Below are positions 1 through 13,700 of a DNA stretch of 51,468 nucleotides, piece by piece. The position numbers and the translations under genes are program-made. Origin of the DNA: Paraspadella gotoi (Eukaryota > Animalia > Chaetognatha); the NCBI GenBank assembly GCA_051294375.1, contig CM119266.1, forward strand, positions 23,867,769-23,919,236. The letters are read 5' to 3'. The notes beneath the pieces were generated by a model. The model was given only the letters and a program-made list of their open reading frames with translations. It did no database searches and was not told the origin of the DNA. Positions within the stretch are counted from its first letter, which is position 1; each line of letters starts with the position of its first letter.

Positions 1-1123
1 CCCCCCCAACCCCTCGGAGCGGACAGAGACTTCAAGGGGGCCGCCGAATGGACCGAATTTTCTTTGAGGGGGCCGACCAGTCGCANNNNNNNNNNNNNNN
101 NNNNNNNNNNNNNNNNNNNNNNNNNNNNNNNNNNNNNNNNNNNNNNNNNNNNNNNNNNNNNNNNNNNNNNNNNNNNNNNNNNNNNNNNNNNNNNNNNNNN
201 NNNNNNNNNNNNNNNNNNNNNNNNNNNNNNNNNNNNNNNNNNNNNNNNNNNNNNNNNNNNNNNNNNNNNNNNNNNNNNNNNNNNNNNNNNNNNNNNNNNN
301 NNNNNNNNNNNNNNNNNNNNNNNNNNNNNNNNAGCGAAGCAGCGACTGGATGGTCAAGGGCGAATCCGAATCTCAATTCGCGAGGGACGAGTTAAGACGG
401 ATTTGGGCAAAGAGGATCATGATTGCGCAAAGAAGATCGTGATATCACAGAGGATAATTTTTTGTTAGGAAGATACCGTTGTCGAATACAAATGTTAAAA
501 GTTGCTTTGCATAACCAAATCAAATAGAGTAATTTTAAAAAAATATTTAGAATAAAAAAATGGGGGAAAAAATCCAAAAAAGCAAATAAACATTTTTTTT
601 TAAGAATATAAATATAAACATCAGTCTTTTGCCAGTAAAAACAGTGAAATTGATCAACTTTGAAACTGAACAAACTGTCGAATCTTTGAATTTTTCAGTG
701 ATTCCGACCAGTCTTATTCGCCTTTCTAGTTCTTGCCTCTGGCCTGACTAAAAAAAAAAATACAATGTTAAACAAAAACTTCAGGCCCCGCGTCTGTCGC
801 TGTGTTTGTCGTCGTCGTTGTCGCCGTTGTCATGGTCGTCATCCGCTCTTCGTCGGCTTTTAACTTTATTACACTTCCTTTGATCGGTCAAGCCTCGGGC
901 GACTGGATGAGTTACAACGTCGCGTCGTCACATGGTTCACTTGGTTTCGGCTTGTGAATGACCTCCCGTTACGTGGCTTGGCGAGAGAGAGANNNNNNNN
1001 NNNNNNNNNNNNNNNNNNNNNNNNNNNNNNNNNNNNNNNNNNNNNNNNNNNNNNNNNNNNNNNNNNNNNNNNNNNNNNNNNNNNNNNNNNNNNNNNNNNN
1101 NNNNNNNNNNNNNNNNNNNNNNN

Positions 1124-1159
<36 letters not shown>

Positions 1160-2326
1160 TTGTAGAATCGTAGATGCTTATGTATAGATTTAATTAATAC
1201 ATTCATTCATAAGAATCAATATATGAAATATTTAATATGGCGTGATTTCAACTTGCAATAATAATAAAACTCAAATAAAAGTCGAATAATAAAAACGAAA
1301 CAAACTACAGGCTCGTGGGAAAGTATAAAATATAATTTTTAGCATCGAAGAGGGAGAAAAAGTGAAAGGGAGAAAAGGCTCTTTTGCCAAAGGAGATTGC
1401 CTTCAATTTTTGCCCTTGGGAATAAGAGGGGAAAAGAAATAGAGAAAGAGAGAGAGAAAAAAATAGAAAAACAGAGAAAAAAAAAGAAAGAAAGAGATAG
1501 AGAGAGAGAGAGAGAGTGAGAAATAGAGAGAAAGAAAAAACGAGAATTCGGAACAAGAAATGTCAAGATTCAAGGCCCCGACAAAAATAGAAAAACCCAA
1601 GAGTCGATCATGAGCCCTCTGACGTGGAAAGGAAGAAAAGAGTGAAAAGCGAAAGAGAGAGCGAGACGTTGAGAGGGAGAGCGAGACGATGAAAGAAAAG
1701 AGATGATGAAAGCCGGGGAGGGTGATGATGCTTTCAAGAGCAAAAGGACAAACTGCAGTCAAGTCAATAATCTTCATCGCTCCACGATTAATTTTAGTGC
1801 GATTAATAAACTTGGAAAGGACGGACGATAATTTTAATGTTTGAGGTTTAAAGCGACGCAGTCTTTAGTAGTTTTATATATATAGAAAGAAGTCTAAAAG
1901 ATTTAAAATTTAGCTGCAGGACTTTCTCGAGTTCACTCTAAAAAAACCCCTGATACAGGAGTAAAAAGGGGAAAAAATTCCGGGGAATAAATCAAGGAGA
2001 AAAAAAATTCTTTGAATTGACTCTCTCTTACGTTCCATTTATTCGTTCATCCATTCATTCATTCCTCATTCACTCGACTCGATCGTTCATTTCGATGCCA
2101 GCACTCTTGCGCTTTTACTTTTTTTCGAATTCTTTCCATAAAAATTATAGAGGGAATATGAAAGGAGAAAAGCGCCATCAATTCGGACTCTAAAATGGAT
2201 CGCTGCTCTAAAAGAAAAAAAAGGAGTTGCCGGCTCAATAAAATGGCGACGTTTAATGCAGCAGCTCACGCAGCAGCGTTTAACGGCGGCAAACGGGCCT
2301 TGCTGGGAGAGAAAAGAGAGAGAGAT

Positions 2327-2368
<42 letters not shown>

Positions 2369-3223
2369 AGAGAGAGAGAGAGAGGAGAAGGAGAAGGAGA
2401 GAGAGAGAATAGAAAGAGCGAGAAAGGAAGAGAGAGAAGCGACGAGAGAGAGCTGCAGTTTGGCAAAGGCCGCGAGCCGCCTTTCGCAAGAGTCTTTATC
2501 TCTTTCTCTCTCGGCAGCAGCGTCGACAATTCAGCAGCTGACGCGGCGGCTGCTTTCCGCGCCGCGTCCGGCGCAGCGCGATGAAGGGGAGCGGAATCGA
2601 AAGAAAGATAGAAAGAGAAAGAAAGTGACGGGGGGCGGCGTTGGCGAAGAGGAGGAAGAAGAGGATGAGGAGGAGGAAGAGCGCGCTCGTCGGCGCGTCA
2701 GTCCCACCTGCTCATAAAAACGGAGTCATAAAATCCGCGAGGCCATAAACCTGCCACCGCCGCCATCAACCGATGCATCCCCGCCATAGAAACGCGGGGG
2801 CCGCGGGAAGCGGGGAAAGACGGTGGCGAGACGCCGTTGCGAGGGAGGGAGACAGAGACGGTGAGAGAGCGAATGAGACGGAGCGATGGAATAAAAGGAA
2901 AGGTTTGAGTGAGAGAGTAGCGAAGGGTACGTAGAGATCGAAGATATGATGTGTGATGACCTCGTGAGGGTACTGTGACAGTAAGACTGTGAAAGAGAGA
3001 GAAAGAGAGTTTGTAGGGGGCTAAGGTAAGAAAGAGCTCCGCATTGGCGTGAGTAAAGTAGGACCTCTCATTCAGAGGGAATGCGAGGCGAGAATGAACA
3101 GGTAAACAAAAAAGTGAGGAGAGCGAATGAAGAAAAACTTTGATGACGAGACTGACGGCGATGACAAAAATGTCCTATGATGACATCAATGACAAGTACT
3201 GATTTTTAGTCTGTTGATGAACT

Positions 3224-3273
<50 letters not shown>

Positions 3274-4552
3274 CTCAGAAAAAAATATATATGTAAAATG
3301 GCGCGCGATAAATTTAGCGACGCCTCATAAAATTTGGCTTCGGACGAGGATCGCTTTCTCTCGCGGGGAGAGAGTTGAAGAGAGGGGTGAGTCAAAGTAA
3401 GTTTGAAAGGGGTGAATAAAGGTGAGGTTAAACTAAGGGATGGATCGAACGCTTCTTTCTAATATCGTTATTATTCGTTTTGGCATAAAGGATAAATTAC
3501 TTCTCTCACAACTTCGCCATCTCTCGATTTTTTACCATTTCCTCTTTTTCCCTTCTGATCTTTTGTTTCTCACCGTCTTCGTCTTCGCCCAATAGGGTTT
3601 TACGAAATATCTTCGGTGATAAAAGCAGTGATTTGGGTCACCGACACCGCACGAGGGCGTGGCCGTCAACCGGAGACACCAGGTGACGTTGAAGCCGTTT
3701 CTGTGCCTCGACGTCAATGGTGGTGAAGGAAAAGGTGGTGTGTTTGTTTAATTGAATATATAGTATATATACTGACTCTGGGCCAATGGACTTATTAGAA
3801 AAAGGAAGGTGGTTAGTAAACTTTTTCCGATCGTCATAGCACCAGTAATAATTTTCTGGCAAAAACTGATGAAAAACGAAAAACTTGTTTTACTTTCTTA
3901 ATTTACCAAAGAACAAAAGAAAAAAAGGGTCGAGCCTGAATAATTAACTTAAAATTGGATGAGTCTCTTGTCTGAAGAAATATCGACTGAGGAGTGAGAC
4001 CTTACGTTTCTGAAGATTGATTCGGTCTTTCAAAGATCAATTAAAAAGTTTCGAGTGGAGAATGTGGGGTCCGAATATCAAGTCCTCCTAGAATGCCTTT
4101 ATTCCTTAAGGAAATGAAATGAAAAGGCCTTTTCATTACATAATAAAAATTATGTAAATTACGCGGCTTTGTACAATAGTTTATTTTTCAATTTCCAACT
4201 TATTTTTTTTTAAATTTAATATTTAAGAAGTAAGAGAAGACTGTGAGAAACACGGAATTTAACAACCGTATTCGGACTTTCTCGTCGAACTTAACAATTA
4301 TACAATTTGTCGCTTATATTGTCATAAATAACGGGCCTATTTTAAAAACAATTTACGGGCCAAGCCGTTTAAACGGAAGGGAACACCTTGAAAGATTGAG
4401 CTCAATAACTCGTTTTTTATTTCAAATCGAGATCTTCGTTCATAAATTATTGAACACTTTTTCTTTTCCCCTCTTTCAAAAGGCCGAAACAACTTGTGAC
4501 TTTCGGAAATAAATTTAATTAAATTTAATTGATCTCTTTCTCCTCGGGGGTC

Positions 4553-4613
<61 letters not shown>

Positions 4614-5231
4614 ATCTCTCTTCTAAATAAATCTTTTTCAGCCACCCACTCTCCACTCTCTATCTAGCCGTTCTCCGACGCCACGTTATTTTCAAAAAGG
4701 CCTCAATCATCAAATCCCGGAACTTCGCCTTAAAATTTCATTTTGTCAATTTCTTTAAGATACTGAATTTTTTAAAATGTTATATTAATATTATTCATTT
4801 AATATTTTTTATTATATTTTTTACTATTTTAATGTTTTTTTATTTATATATTATTTATTTAGTCTTTATTATTTATTTTAATATTTATTATATTGTTATC
4901 TCAATGCTTTTTATATATATGAAAATTTTCAAAATTACTTGTTTCACTATTTTCTATTTTTTTATTTTATAAAGGCTTTATTATTTAATCTTTATTATTC
5001 AATTATATATATATTTTGTTATTATTCTATTTTTTTTTTTTATAATCTTTATTGTAAAATTTTTATTGTCAAGCGAACATTTTATATCACAGCAACGCAA
5101 CGTCCGACCAAAAAAATCCCAAATTTCGCGTCTCCAACGAAGTTTTATTTATGATATTTGACGCCGACGGCAAAGTAATAAATAAGCGTCGCTGGCGACA
5201 GAGTACCCGTCATTAACCGCGTCTCTCCTAC

Positions 5232-5313
5232 CTTGAGGAAGCGTCGCTGTGGTCCCGTCATCATCCTCTTCATCTAGTTTTCCTCCTTTACGGGGGCACC
5301 GATTGTCTTTTGT
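5232..5313 (-). other. Candidate isolated 82-nt exon of an unknown transcript
   Basis: Minus strand reads tttttcctttttcag|acaaaag...cctcaag|gtagg: pyrimidine tract plus AG acceptor and a GT donor. One frame is open (TKDNRCPRKGGKLDEEDDDGTTATLPQ) with no recognisable homology. Confidence 0.3.
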
Positions 5314-6817
5314 CTGAAAAAGGAAAAATGGCTGGTTAGGGACGCCTCTCGCGGAATTTCTTCGAAGCTGGTCGAGCGCGAATCAGAAAAAAGACAAAGG
5401 GCTAACATGAAATTCCGAAAAATATTAATGCTTAATTTTTGTTTAATTGAAAATACACCTAGACTCCTTTGCGTAAATATATTTTTTTTTAATCATAAAT
5501 TTATGCAGGTTTACCTAAAATAATTTTTTTAATTAAAAACGGCAAAAAAGATTATATTAAGGGGCCAATGAGTCGATACAAAAATCTCTCAGTTCTCAAT
5601 CTTGAACCTTTTGCCCGCGAAATATTTTCGGTTCAAATCTGGACTTTTATGATCGGTTTCAACCGAAAACAGGGCCTCTCGAAACCTCGACCCAAAAAGC
5701 GATAAAGTATCTCGATTCGACGGATATTTCCGAGCGAACCGATTGGAACAGACTCGAGAGTCTTTCTCCAGTCTCTCTCTCTCTCTCTCTCTCTCTCTAC
5801 TCTCTCTCTCTCTCTCTCTCACATGCATTGAGGAATAGCCAGACACTCCTATATGCATAAAATAATCTCCAAGTGTATATGATACCCATTTTATTTCAAA
5901 AAGTATTTTTTTCGGATTATTGCACTTCTGTTTAATCATTTAAATTATTATCGTTTAGTTAACATATGTTTTCATAGGAGCGGTTGAATTTGAGGCTACG
6001 AATAAAAAAATTGAAACTTCAATGAAATATAATTTTCAAATAGGATCATGACCTGGCACTTGTTTGAGAAGAAAACGTCTGAACATTTACGACTAGAGAA
6101 TCTTTAATATAGGACGAGGATGAAGTTTTAATTTCTGATCCGAAATTACAGTTAAAGAAGGTTGAAAAATAAAGTCAATTATAAACCAATTATAAACTGG
6201 TTCAGCCGTAAAAATGGCAGATTTTCTAGCAAATTTTGGAAATGAAATCAAATTAAATTCTGAGTTAAACAAAATGCATTAAATGAGAATTAATTAATTA
6301 AATTACTAATAGATAATAAAATATAAATCAATTTCATGGCATTATCTCTAGTACATTTTCAAGGCCTCAAAGCAAAAAAAAAATATTAGTTTATGTTTAT
6401 GGTTTATGTTTTTTTATAAAAAGTCAGTTGTTTCTCCTACTGGACATACATTTTTTTAATTTAAAACCAGGCAAAACAAAATAGTTTGAAAAAAAAATTA
6501 GAATCTGAAACCTAAAACTTAGAAAAATTAAAAAAACAAAGAAAGAAAAAAGCTTCCATCCGGATTTCGGTTTTAAAATTCGTGCCTTCTATATGATCTC
6601 CCCCAAACCTAGTTTCTCTACCTCCGTTTTGCTCTCTCTCTCTCCCTCCTTTTGTCCACCTTTTTCAGTTTTCATAGGAGCTGTCGCCGCGTTACCCGAA
6701 AATTATTGCGACATTTTGGATTCTTTTCATCGGAGACGGATCAAAGTTTGTCCCGCTTAGAATCGGCAACGAAGGGCCATTCGTCAAACGCACACAGGAA
6801 CCTTTGAAGCTGGCCCG

Positions 6818-6869
<52 letters not shown>

Positions 6870-7800
6870 AGACATTAACAGTTCCAACCCGCGCCGCCAA
6901 ACTGTCCTTTCTTCAGCTACATCAACGTGGACTCTGTGAGCGCGCGACGTGCAATGGCAGCGTGATGCAGAATCGGCGCGACGCTTACAAAAGCCCTCGG
7001 CGGCGAGGAGACTGCCGTTTGATTGGACGATTTAGTCAAAAACACGATCGCTGATTGGTCGATGAAAATCGGCCATGTTGACGAAAGAGGTTGCAGACTT
7101 GGAAGACTTTTTCGGTTCCCTTTGAAACGAGAGTTCACAGATGGTCCAATTTATTTTTTTTCTTCTCGATTTTAGGCTGAGTCTGAGGCTGTTATTATGA
7201 TAATATGATTATAGAAACATTAAAACCAAAAACAAATTGGACGAAAATGCCGTTTAAAGATAATAATTAAGTTAGGTTTTCAGATGTTTTCGACAACGAC
7301 CGAGAAGTATTTTAAAATTCTATATTTAATATGTCACCTGACAATAAAAGACAAAAATGTTTCCGAAGCAAGTCTTTTTATTATATAAAGTGGAAAATAA
7401 AATTGTAAATATTTCCATATAAAAAAAAGAATTTACTAGTATTGGCATATCAGCCCAGAAACAAGCTCTGCAACTAAATAAAAACAACCCAAAATAACAA
7501 CTTCGAAATTTATCTTTTAAATTTATCTATTCTAATATTATTATTTTAGCTAAGAGGATCATTGAAAATATAATTTTTTTCTAATTATCATTTTAAGCTC
7601 GTCCTTTTAAAATCGGTTCTTTTTCTTGCACATTAAGATTAAATTTTTAAGGTTATGTAACAGATAATACAATTTTAATGTAAATAATGTTGACTAAACA
7701 CACACCTAATCTGAAGCGTATATATCGTACAACGCTTAGAATATTTACGGTAATCCTTGTAACATTTAATTTTTGAAGAATTTAAAATTAATATTATTAA

Positions 7801-8085
7801 TGTAGTCGGGCATTGCCTTGGTTCACCCCGCCAAGAATCATGACACTTTCAGTTGTGACCCGGTGGCTCATTGATTAAAGCCATCAGCTCATGACCACTA
7901 GGTACCGGGTTCAATCCCAACCAGGTACCTACCCTGCGGGAAGCGTGAGGACGGCCGTAAGCCGCCTTGGGGGCATGGCAAACCCTCAAGCCTGGTTCCA
8001 AGCCCAGGGACCCGTTCCATGGCTGCTAGAGGGGGTTATAGTAGTTACGGACAGTCATTTCAGCCCACGTAGCGCCTTATCCACA
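7801..8085 (+). mobile_element. 285-bp non-autonomous insertion with TGT...ACA ends, TTAA target-site duplication and a tRNA-like internal segment (solo-LTR-like or SINE-carrying element)
   Basis: Filled site reads aatatta-TTAA-[tgtagtcggg...ccttatccaca]-TTAA-taacctg. The inverted copy at ~11358-11385 reads (reverse complement) aatatta-TTAA-taacctg, i.e. the empty site. The insert is GC-balanced within AT-rich flanks. Confidence 0.8.
7857..7928 (+). promoter_or_regulatory. tRNA-derived segment with RNA polymerase III A and B boxes (not a functional tRNA)
   Basis: A-box-like tggctcattga at 7864-7874 and B box ggttcaatcc at 7908-7917, at tRNA spacing. Partial acceptor stem gacccgg/ccaggta; anticodon and T stems are degenerate. 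Confidence 0.7.
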
Positions 8086-8736
8086 TTAATAACCTGCGTG
8101 GATGGAAACTAAGGAAGCGAAGGAAGTCGAAAGCGTCAACGACGAGCCGATCGAAGCGAAGGAGACGATGGGATTCGTGAAGCGCGACGTTATTGACGCG
8201 ACGGTGGACACGTGATGCGGCCGTTCGGTCCGTGTCGCGGGTGTGACGATAGGTGGAAGGGTACGGTCTTGACGCCTGTTGAGGGTCCAGTTGTTGGTGA
8301 GTGAAGCTTGTTTTCTTATATATAATATATGCTTGTTTAGACGATTGTTTTTATTTTAATTTTTTTTTAGCAGTCGGTGCAAGAGTAAAAAGTTTCACGA
8401 AGTTTGTAAAAGGAACTAAAAAAAAAAAACAGTTTGACGTGACGTTTTTTTTTCTCTCTCTCTTTAAAAACGAAAATCGGACCGGAAAGAAAATGGAACG
8501 AGGTCTAAAATGGAATTGGGGCCGCAAAGGTGTCGCGTCGAAGATGGAACGGCGCCATGGAATCGTTAAGTCGCTCGACGCAATGAACGACTCATCCCGA
8601 CAACGACGAAGACGACGAAGACGACGATAAACGACTTTCCCCCCGCACCGTCGAACGGCCGTTTTTATTTCCCGTTTTCCGATGATGGTCGGTCGGTCGG
8701 TCGGTCCGTCGGTTTTGTCCGATGGTGGGGGACTTT

Positions 8737-8813
<77 letters not shown>

Positions 8814-9793
8814 CCCTCGTTGAATCCACCTTCTGCCATTGAATCTCTTCGCTAACGCGTCGCGAGCTATTTATAAAATTCAATTTCCGGTTTAATGACT
8901 GTTTTTGGTTTAGTTTGTTTTGAATGAGTCACCCGAGTCTTGTCTTGAGGTCAGATTCGATCTTCTTTTCCGTTCTCGCTTTATATCTTCGAAAAGGTGA
9001 GGTAAGGTGCTCGCAGTTTCTGTTGTCTTTTTCTTTTTCTACTCTATAGTTTTTATCTGAAAAAAATATTGAGCCATTGAGCCATTGGGCTTTCTTTAGT
9101 TCTTGTTGAAGTTATTCTACTATCAAGATGCGAGTTGTTTCATTTTTATTCCCGCCAAACTTTTCTAAATTTATGGCAGTGGATCTCCCTTATCTTTTCT
9201 CCGCCCCCGTTCATTTCCGTCGCCCGATCTTCGCCTCTGTCCAATCGTCGTCTCTCCCGCGCTTCGGGCGACGTTTAAAAAGCCCCCCCCCCAGCGCCCT
9301 TCGCCGACGCGCGACGCGATTACCCTCCTCCAGCAATTATCCATTCACGGGACAGGGTTAATCGCCGAGAAGGGTGGGTGAGAGAGAAGCAGTCGATGGC
9401 GTGGGAGAGGGACAGTTCCGACGGTAGGGTGGAATACAAAGTTTTAGATGAATCAAATAGGACGAGGCAATATTATAAGACAAGGCGCGAGAGAATCCAA
9501 TCCGATTAGGAGAGGTAAGCGAGGGGTAAGGCAGAAAAAAAATTAATGATCACCGGAAAGGGGAGGTGCAAACACAAAGAAACATGAATTCGGAACGTCG
9601 GAAAGGTCAGGAGTCAAAGACGATAGGGTGGGTCGTTGGTGAGAAATCGCCGGAAATGAGAACAACGCGTGAGACGCGGGNNNNNNNNNNNNNNNNNNNN
9701 NNNNNACCCCCTTCACGCCTCTCCCCGCTCCCCGCCCCCGCCGCTAGACTCTTGTATCCTCCCGAAAGCGAACTTGTCTTGACTCCCCCTCTC

Positions 9794-10648
9794 CCCGCGT
9801 CTCACGCGTTGTTCTCATTTCCGGCGATTTCTCACCAACGACCCACCCTATCGTCTTTGACTCCTGACCTTTCCGACGTTCCGAATTCATGTTTCTTTGT
9901 GTTTGCACTCCCCTTTCCGGTGATCATTAATTTTTTTTTCTGTTACCCCTCGCTTACCTCTCCTAATCGGATTGGATTCTCTCGCGCCTTGTCTTATAAT
10001 ATTGCCTCGTCCTATTTGATTCATCTAAAACTTTGTATTCCACCCTACCGTCGGAACTGTCCCTCTCCACGCCATCGACTGCTTCTCTCTCACCCACCAT
10101 TCTCGGCGATTAACCCTGTCCCGTGAATGGATAATTGCTGGAGGAGGGTAATCGCGTCGCGCTCGTCGGCGAAGGGCGCTGGGGGGGGGGGCTTTTAAAC
10201 GTCGCCCGAAGCGCGGGAGAGACGACGATTGGACAGAGGCGAAGATCGGGCGACGGAAATGAACGGGGCGGAGAAAAGATAAGGGAGATCCACTGCATAA
10301 ATTTAGAAAAAGTTTGGCGGGAATAAAAATGAAACAACTCGCATCTTGATAGTAGAATAACTTCAACAAGAACTAAAGAAAGCCCAATGCTCAATGGCTC
10401 AATATTTTTCAATTAAAAACTATAGAGTAGAAAAAGAAAAAGACAACAGAAACTGCGAGCACCTTACCTCACCTTTTCGAAGATATAAAGCGAGAACGGA
10501 AAAGAAGATCGAATCTGACCTCAAGACAAGACTCGGTGACTCATTCAAAACAAACTAAACCAAAAAACGTCATTAAACCGGAAATTGAATTTTATAAATA
10601 GCTCGCGACGCGTTAGCGAAGAGATTCAATGGCAGAAGGTGGATCAAC

Positions 10649-10722
<74 letters not shown>

Positions 10723-13700
10723 AGAGAGGAGAGATAGAAAAGTCCCCACCATCGGACAAAACCGACGGACCGACCACCGACCGACCATCATCTGGAAAAC
10801 GGGAAATAAAAACGGCCGTTCGACGGTGCGGGGGAAAGTCGTTTTATCGTCGTCTTCGTCGTCTTCGTCGTTGTCGGGATGAGTCGTTCATTGCGTCGAG
10901 CGACTTAACGATTCCATGGCGCCGTTCCATCTTCGACGCGACACCTTTGCGGCCCCAATTCCATTTTAGACCTCGTTCCATTTTCTTTCCGGTCCGATTT
11001 TCGTTTTTAAAGAGAGAGAAAAAAAAAAACGTCACGTCAAACTGTTTTTTTTTTTAAGTTCCTTCGGAAACTTCTTACTCTTGCACGACTGCAAAAAAAA
11101 ATTACAATAAAACAATCGCTAAACAACATATATATTATATTAAGAACAGCTTTCACTCACCAACAACTGGACCCTCACAAGGCGTCAAGACTCGACCCTT
11201 CCTTCCGTCCATCGTCACACCCGCAACGGACCGAACGGCGCATCACGTGTCCACCGTCGCGTCAATAACGTCGCGCTTCACGAATCCATCGTCTCCCATC
11301 GCTCGATCGGTTCGTCGTGACGCTTTCGACTTCCTTCGCTTCCTTAGTTTCCATCCACGCAGGTTATTAATAATATTATTTTAAATTCTCCAAAATAAAG
11401 TGACAAGAATATAACGTAAATATTTAAGCGTTGTACGATACATACGCTTCAGTTTAGTGTGGTGTTTAGTAAAGCTATTAAAATTCTAAATTTAATTCTA
11501 AGAAGCGATATAATAACATTCTACCATGAGTCAACAACAAAATGATCCCGTCACCGACACGCGCTACTCAGTGAAACTGCGTTACAATCATCTTCCGCAT
11601 CGCCTGTTGAGTTGCTCGCTTCTTAGTATCCGCGGTTATTAATAAGGCTACGTGGCTAAATACGCCGAACTACCATGTAACATTCAACATGGAACGTCCT
11701 GGTTGTTAAAATTGCCAGGCATTGGGTTTGCGTCATCAAGGCAGTGTATAGGTATAACTCTTTGAATTCGCTTCAGTGTACCAGTGGGGTAAAAATTTAG
11801 AACCACGTACCTATTGTCATGAAGCTATGCATTTAATTATAAATTAGTAATTACACCGGCACAACTAATGAAAGTTAAAATGATTATATTCTTGCTTAAA
11901 AATTTTGAAGGTGAATTCCAAGCGCATAAATGGGCCTTTGAATTCTTATAATACTATAATATAATATACCTACTCAAAAATTAACAATTATTATTTTAAG
12001 TAAAATTAATGTTCATGATGTACCGTTATTAATATTACTTTAGACGTTTACGATATAGTACTCTTCATTAGCGCCTAGCTGTTGTAAAATTAGTAAACAT
12101 TATTTACATAAAATTTGGTATATCTGTATTACATAACCTTAATAATTTAATCTAATGTGGTGCAAGAAAAAGAACGCGATATAAAAGGACAGAGACTTAA
12201 AATGATAATTAGAAAATAAATTTATTTTTCGTCCCTTAAGCTAAAATAATAATTTAGAAAAAAGGATTACAAGAGAAATTTCGAGTTGTTATTTGGGTTG
12301 TTTTTATTTAGTGTGCAGAGCTTGTTTTGGGGCCTGATTATGCCAATACTAGTAATTCTTTTTTTTATATGGAAATGATTTACAATTTTATTTCCAACTT
12401 TATATAATAAAAAGACCTTTTGTTTCGGGAAACATTTTTGTCTTTATTGTCAGTGGACATATAATATAAATATTTAAAAAATTACTTCTCGGTCGTTGTC
12501 CGAAAACACCTCTGAAACCCTAACTTAATTAATTATCTTTAAACGGCAATTTTGTTCCAATTTGTTTTAGGTTTTAATAGTTCTATAATCATATTAATCA
12601 TTAATAACAGCGCTCAGACTCAGCTAAAATCCGAGAAAAAAAAAATAAATTGGTACACATCTGTGAACTCTCGTTTCAAAGGGAACCGAAATTCTTCCAA
12701 GTCTGCAAACCGCTCTTTCGTCAACATGGGCCGATTTCAAATCGGACCGATCAGGACGATCGGTGTATTTTGACTAAATCGTCCAATCAAACGGCTAGTC
12801 TCCTCGGCCGCCGAGGAGGCTTTTGTAGCGTCGGCGCCGATTCTGCATCACCGCTGCCCATTGCACTTCGCGCGCTCACAGAGTCCACGTTGATGTAGTG
12901 AAGAAAGGACAGGTTTGGGTCGGCGGTTGGAACTGTTCATGTCTCTCTCTTCTCTCTCCCTCGTCTCATTCTCACTCTCTCTCACTCTCTCGTCTCTCTC
13001 CTCTCGCCTACTCTCCTCTCTCCTCCTCTCTCCTGTCCTCTCGTTCTCAGCTCCCATTTCATCATCTCCGCCCCTTTATCTGTCTCCTTTTCTGTCCATC
13101 TCCCTCGGACAGTAAAGGCTTCTGCTACGGGTTTGAACGAACTGGCCTTCAGGGTTCGCCGATTCTAAAGCAGGGACAACTTTGATCCGGGTCTCCCGAT
13201 GAAAAGAAATCAAAATGTCGCAAATAAATTTTCGGGTAACGCTGCGGACATGCTCCTATGAAAACTGAAAAAAGTGGACAAAAAAGGAGAGGGAGAGACA
13301 GAGAAGTCAAGAAGCAAAGGAGGTAGAGAAACTAGGTTTGGGGGAGATTCATAAGAGAGGCAACGAATTTTTAAAACCGAAATCCGGAAGGAAGACTTTT
13401 TTCTTTTCTTTGCTTATTATTATTTCTTTTTAATTTTAGGTCTAAGATTCTAGTATTTAATTTTTTCAAACTATTTTGTTTTTGGGCCTGGTTTTAAAAT
13501 TAAAAAAATGCTATGTCGCAGTAGGAAGAAACACTGACTCTTTTATAAAAAAAGACATAAACCATAAACATAAACTAATATTTTTTTTTTTTTTGGCTTT
13601 GAGGCCTTGAAAATGTACTAGAGATAATGCCATGATATGGATTTATATATTTTTATTAATTCTATTAGTAATATAATTGAATTTTTCTGATTCAATTTTT

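Larger units (their letters stand above)
5536..9680 (+). repeat. Left arm of a ~4.1 kb inverted duplication
   Basis: The arm ends ...gagaacaacgcgtgagacgcggg at the 25-N gap; its reverse complement reappears from ~9794 and stays collinear out to ~14602 (aaaacggcaaaaaagatt vs aatctttattgccgtttt). Confidence 0.95.

Noticed and set aside
1305-2717. ERERER / SLSLSL ORFs here and throughout the window
   Set aside because: Translations of GA/CT microsatellites with no domain content.
3861-3895. Minimal hammerhead-like ctgatga-aaaac-gaaa
   Set aside because: No stem II and no credible stem I; expected by chance in A-rich DNA.
7857-7928. Functional tRNA-Met (ctCATga loop)
   Set aside because: Anticodon and T stems do not pair properly, and it sits inside an insertion element.
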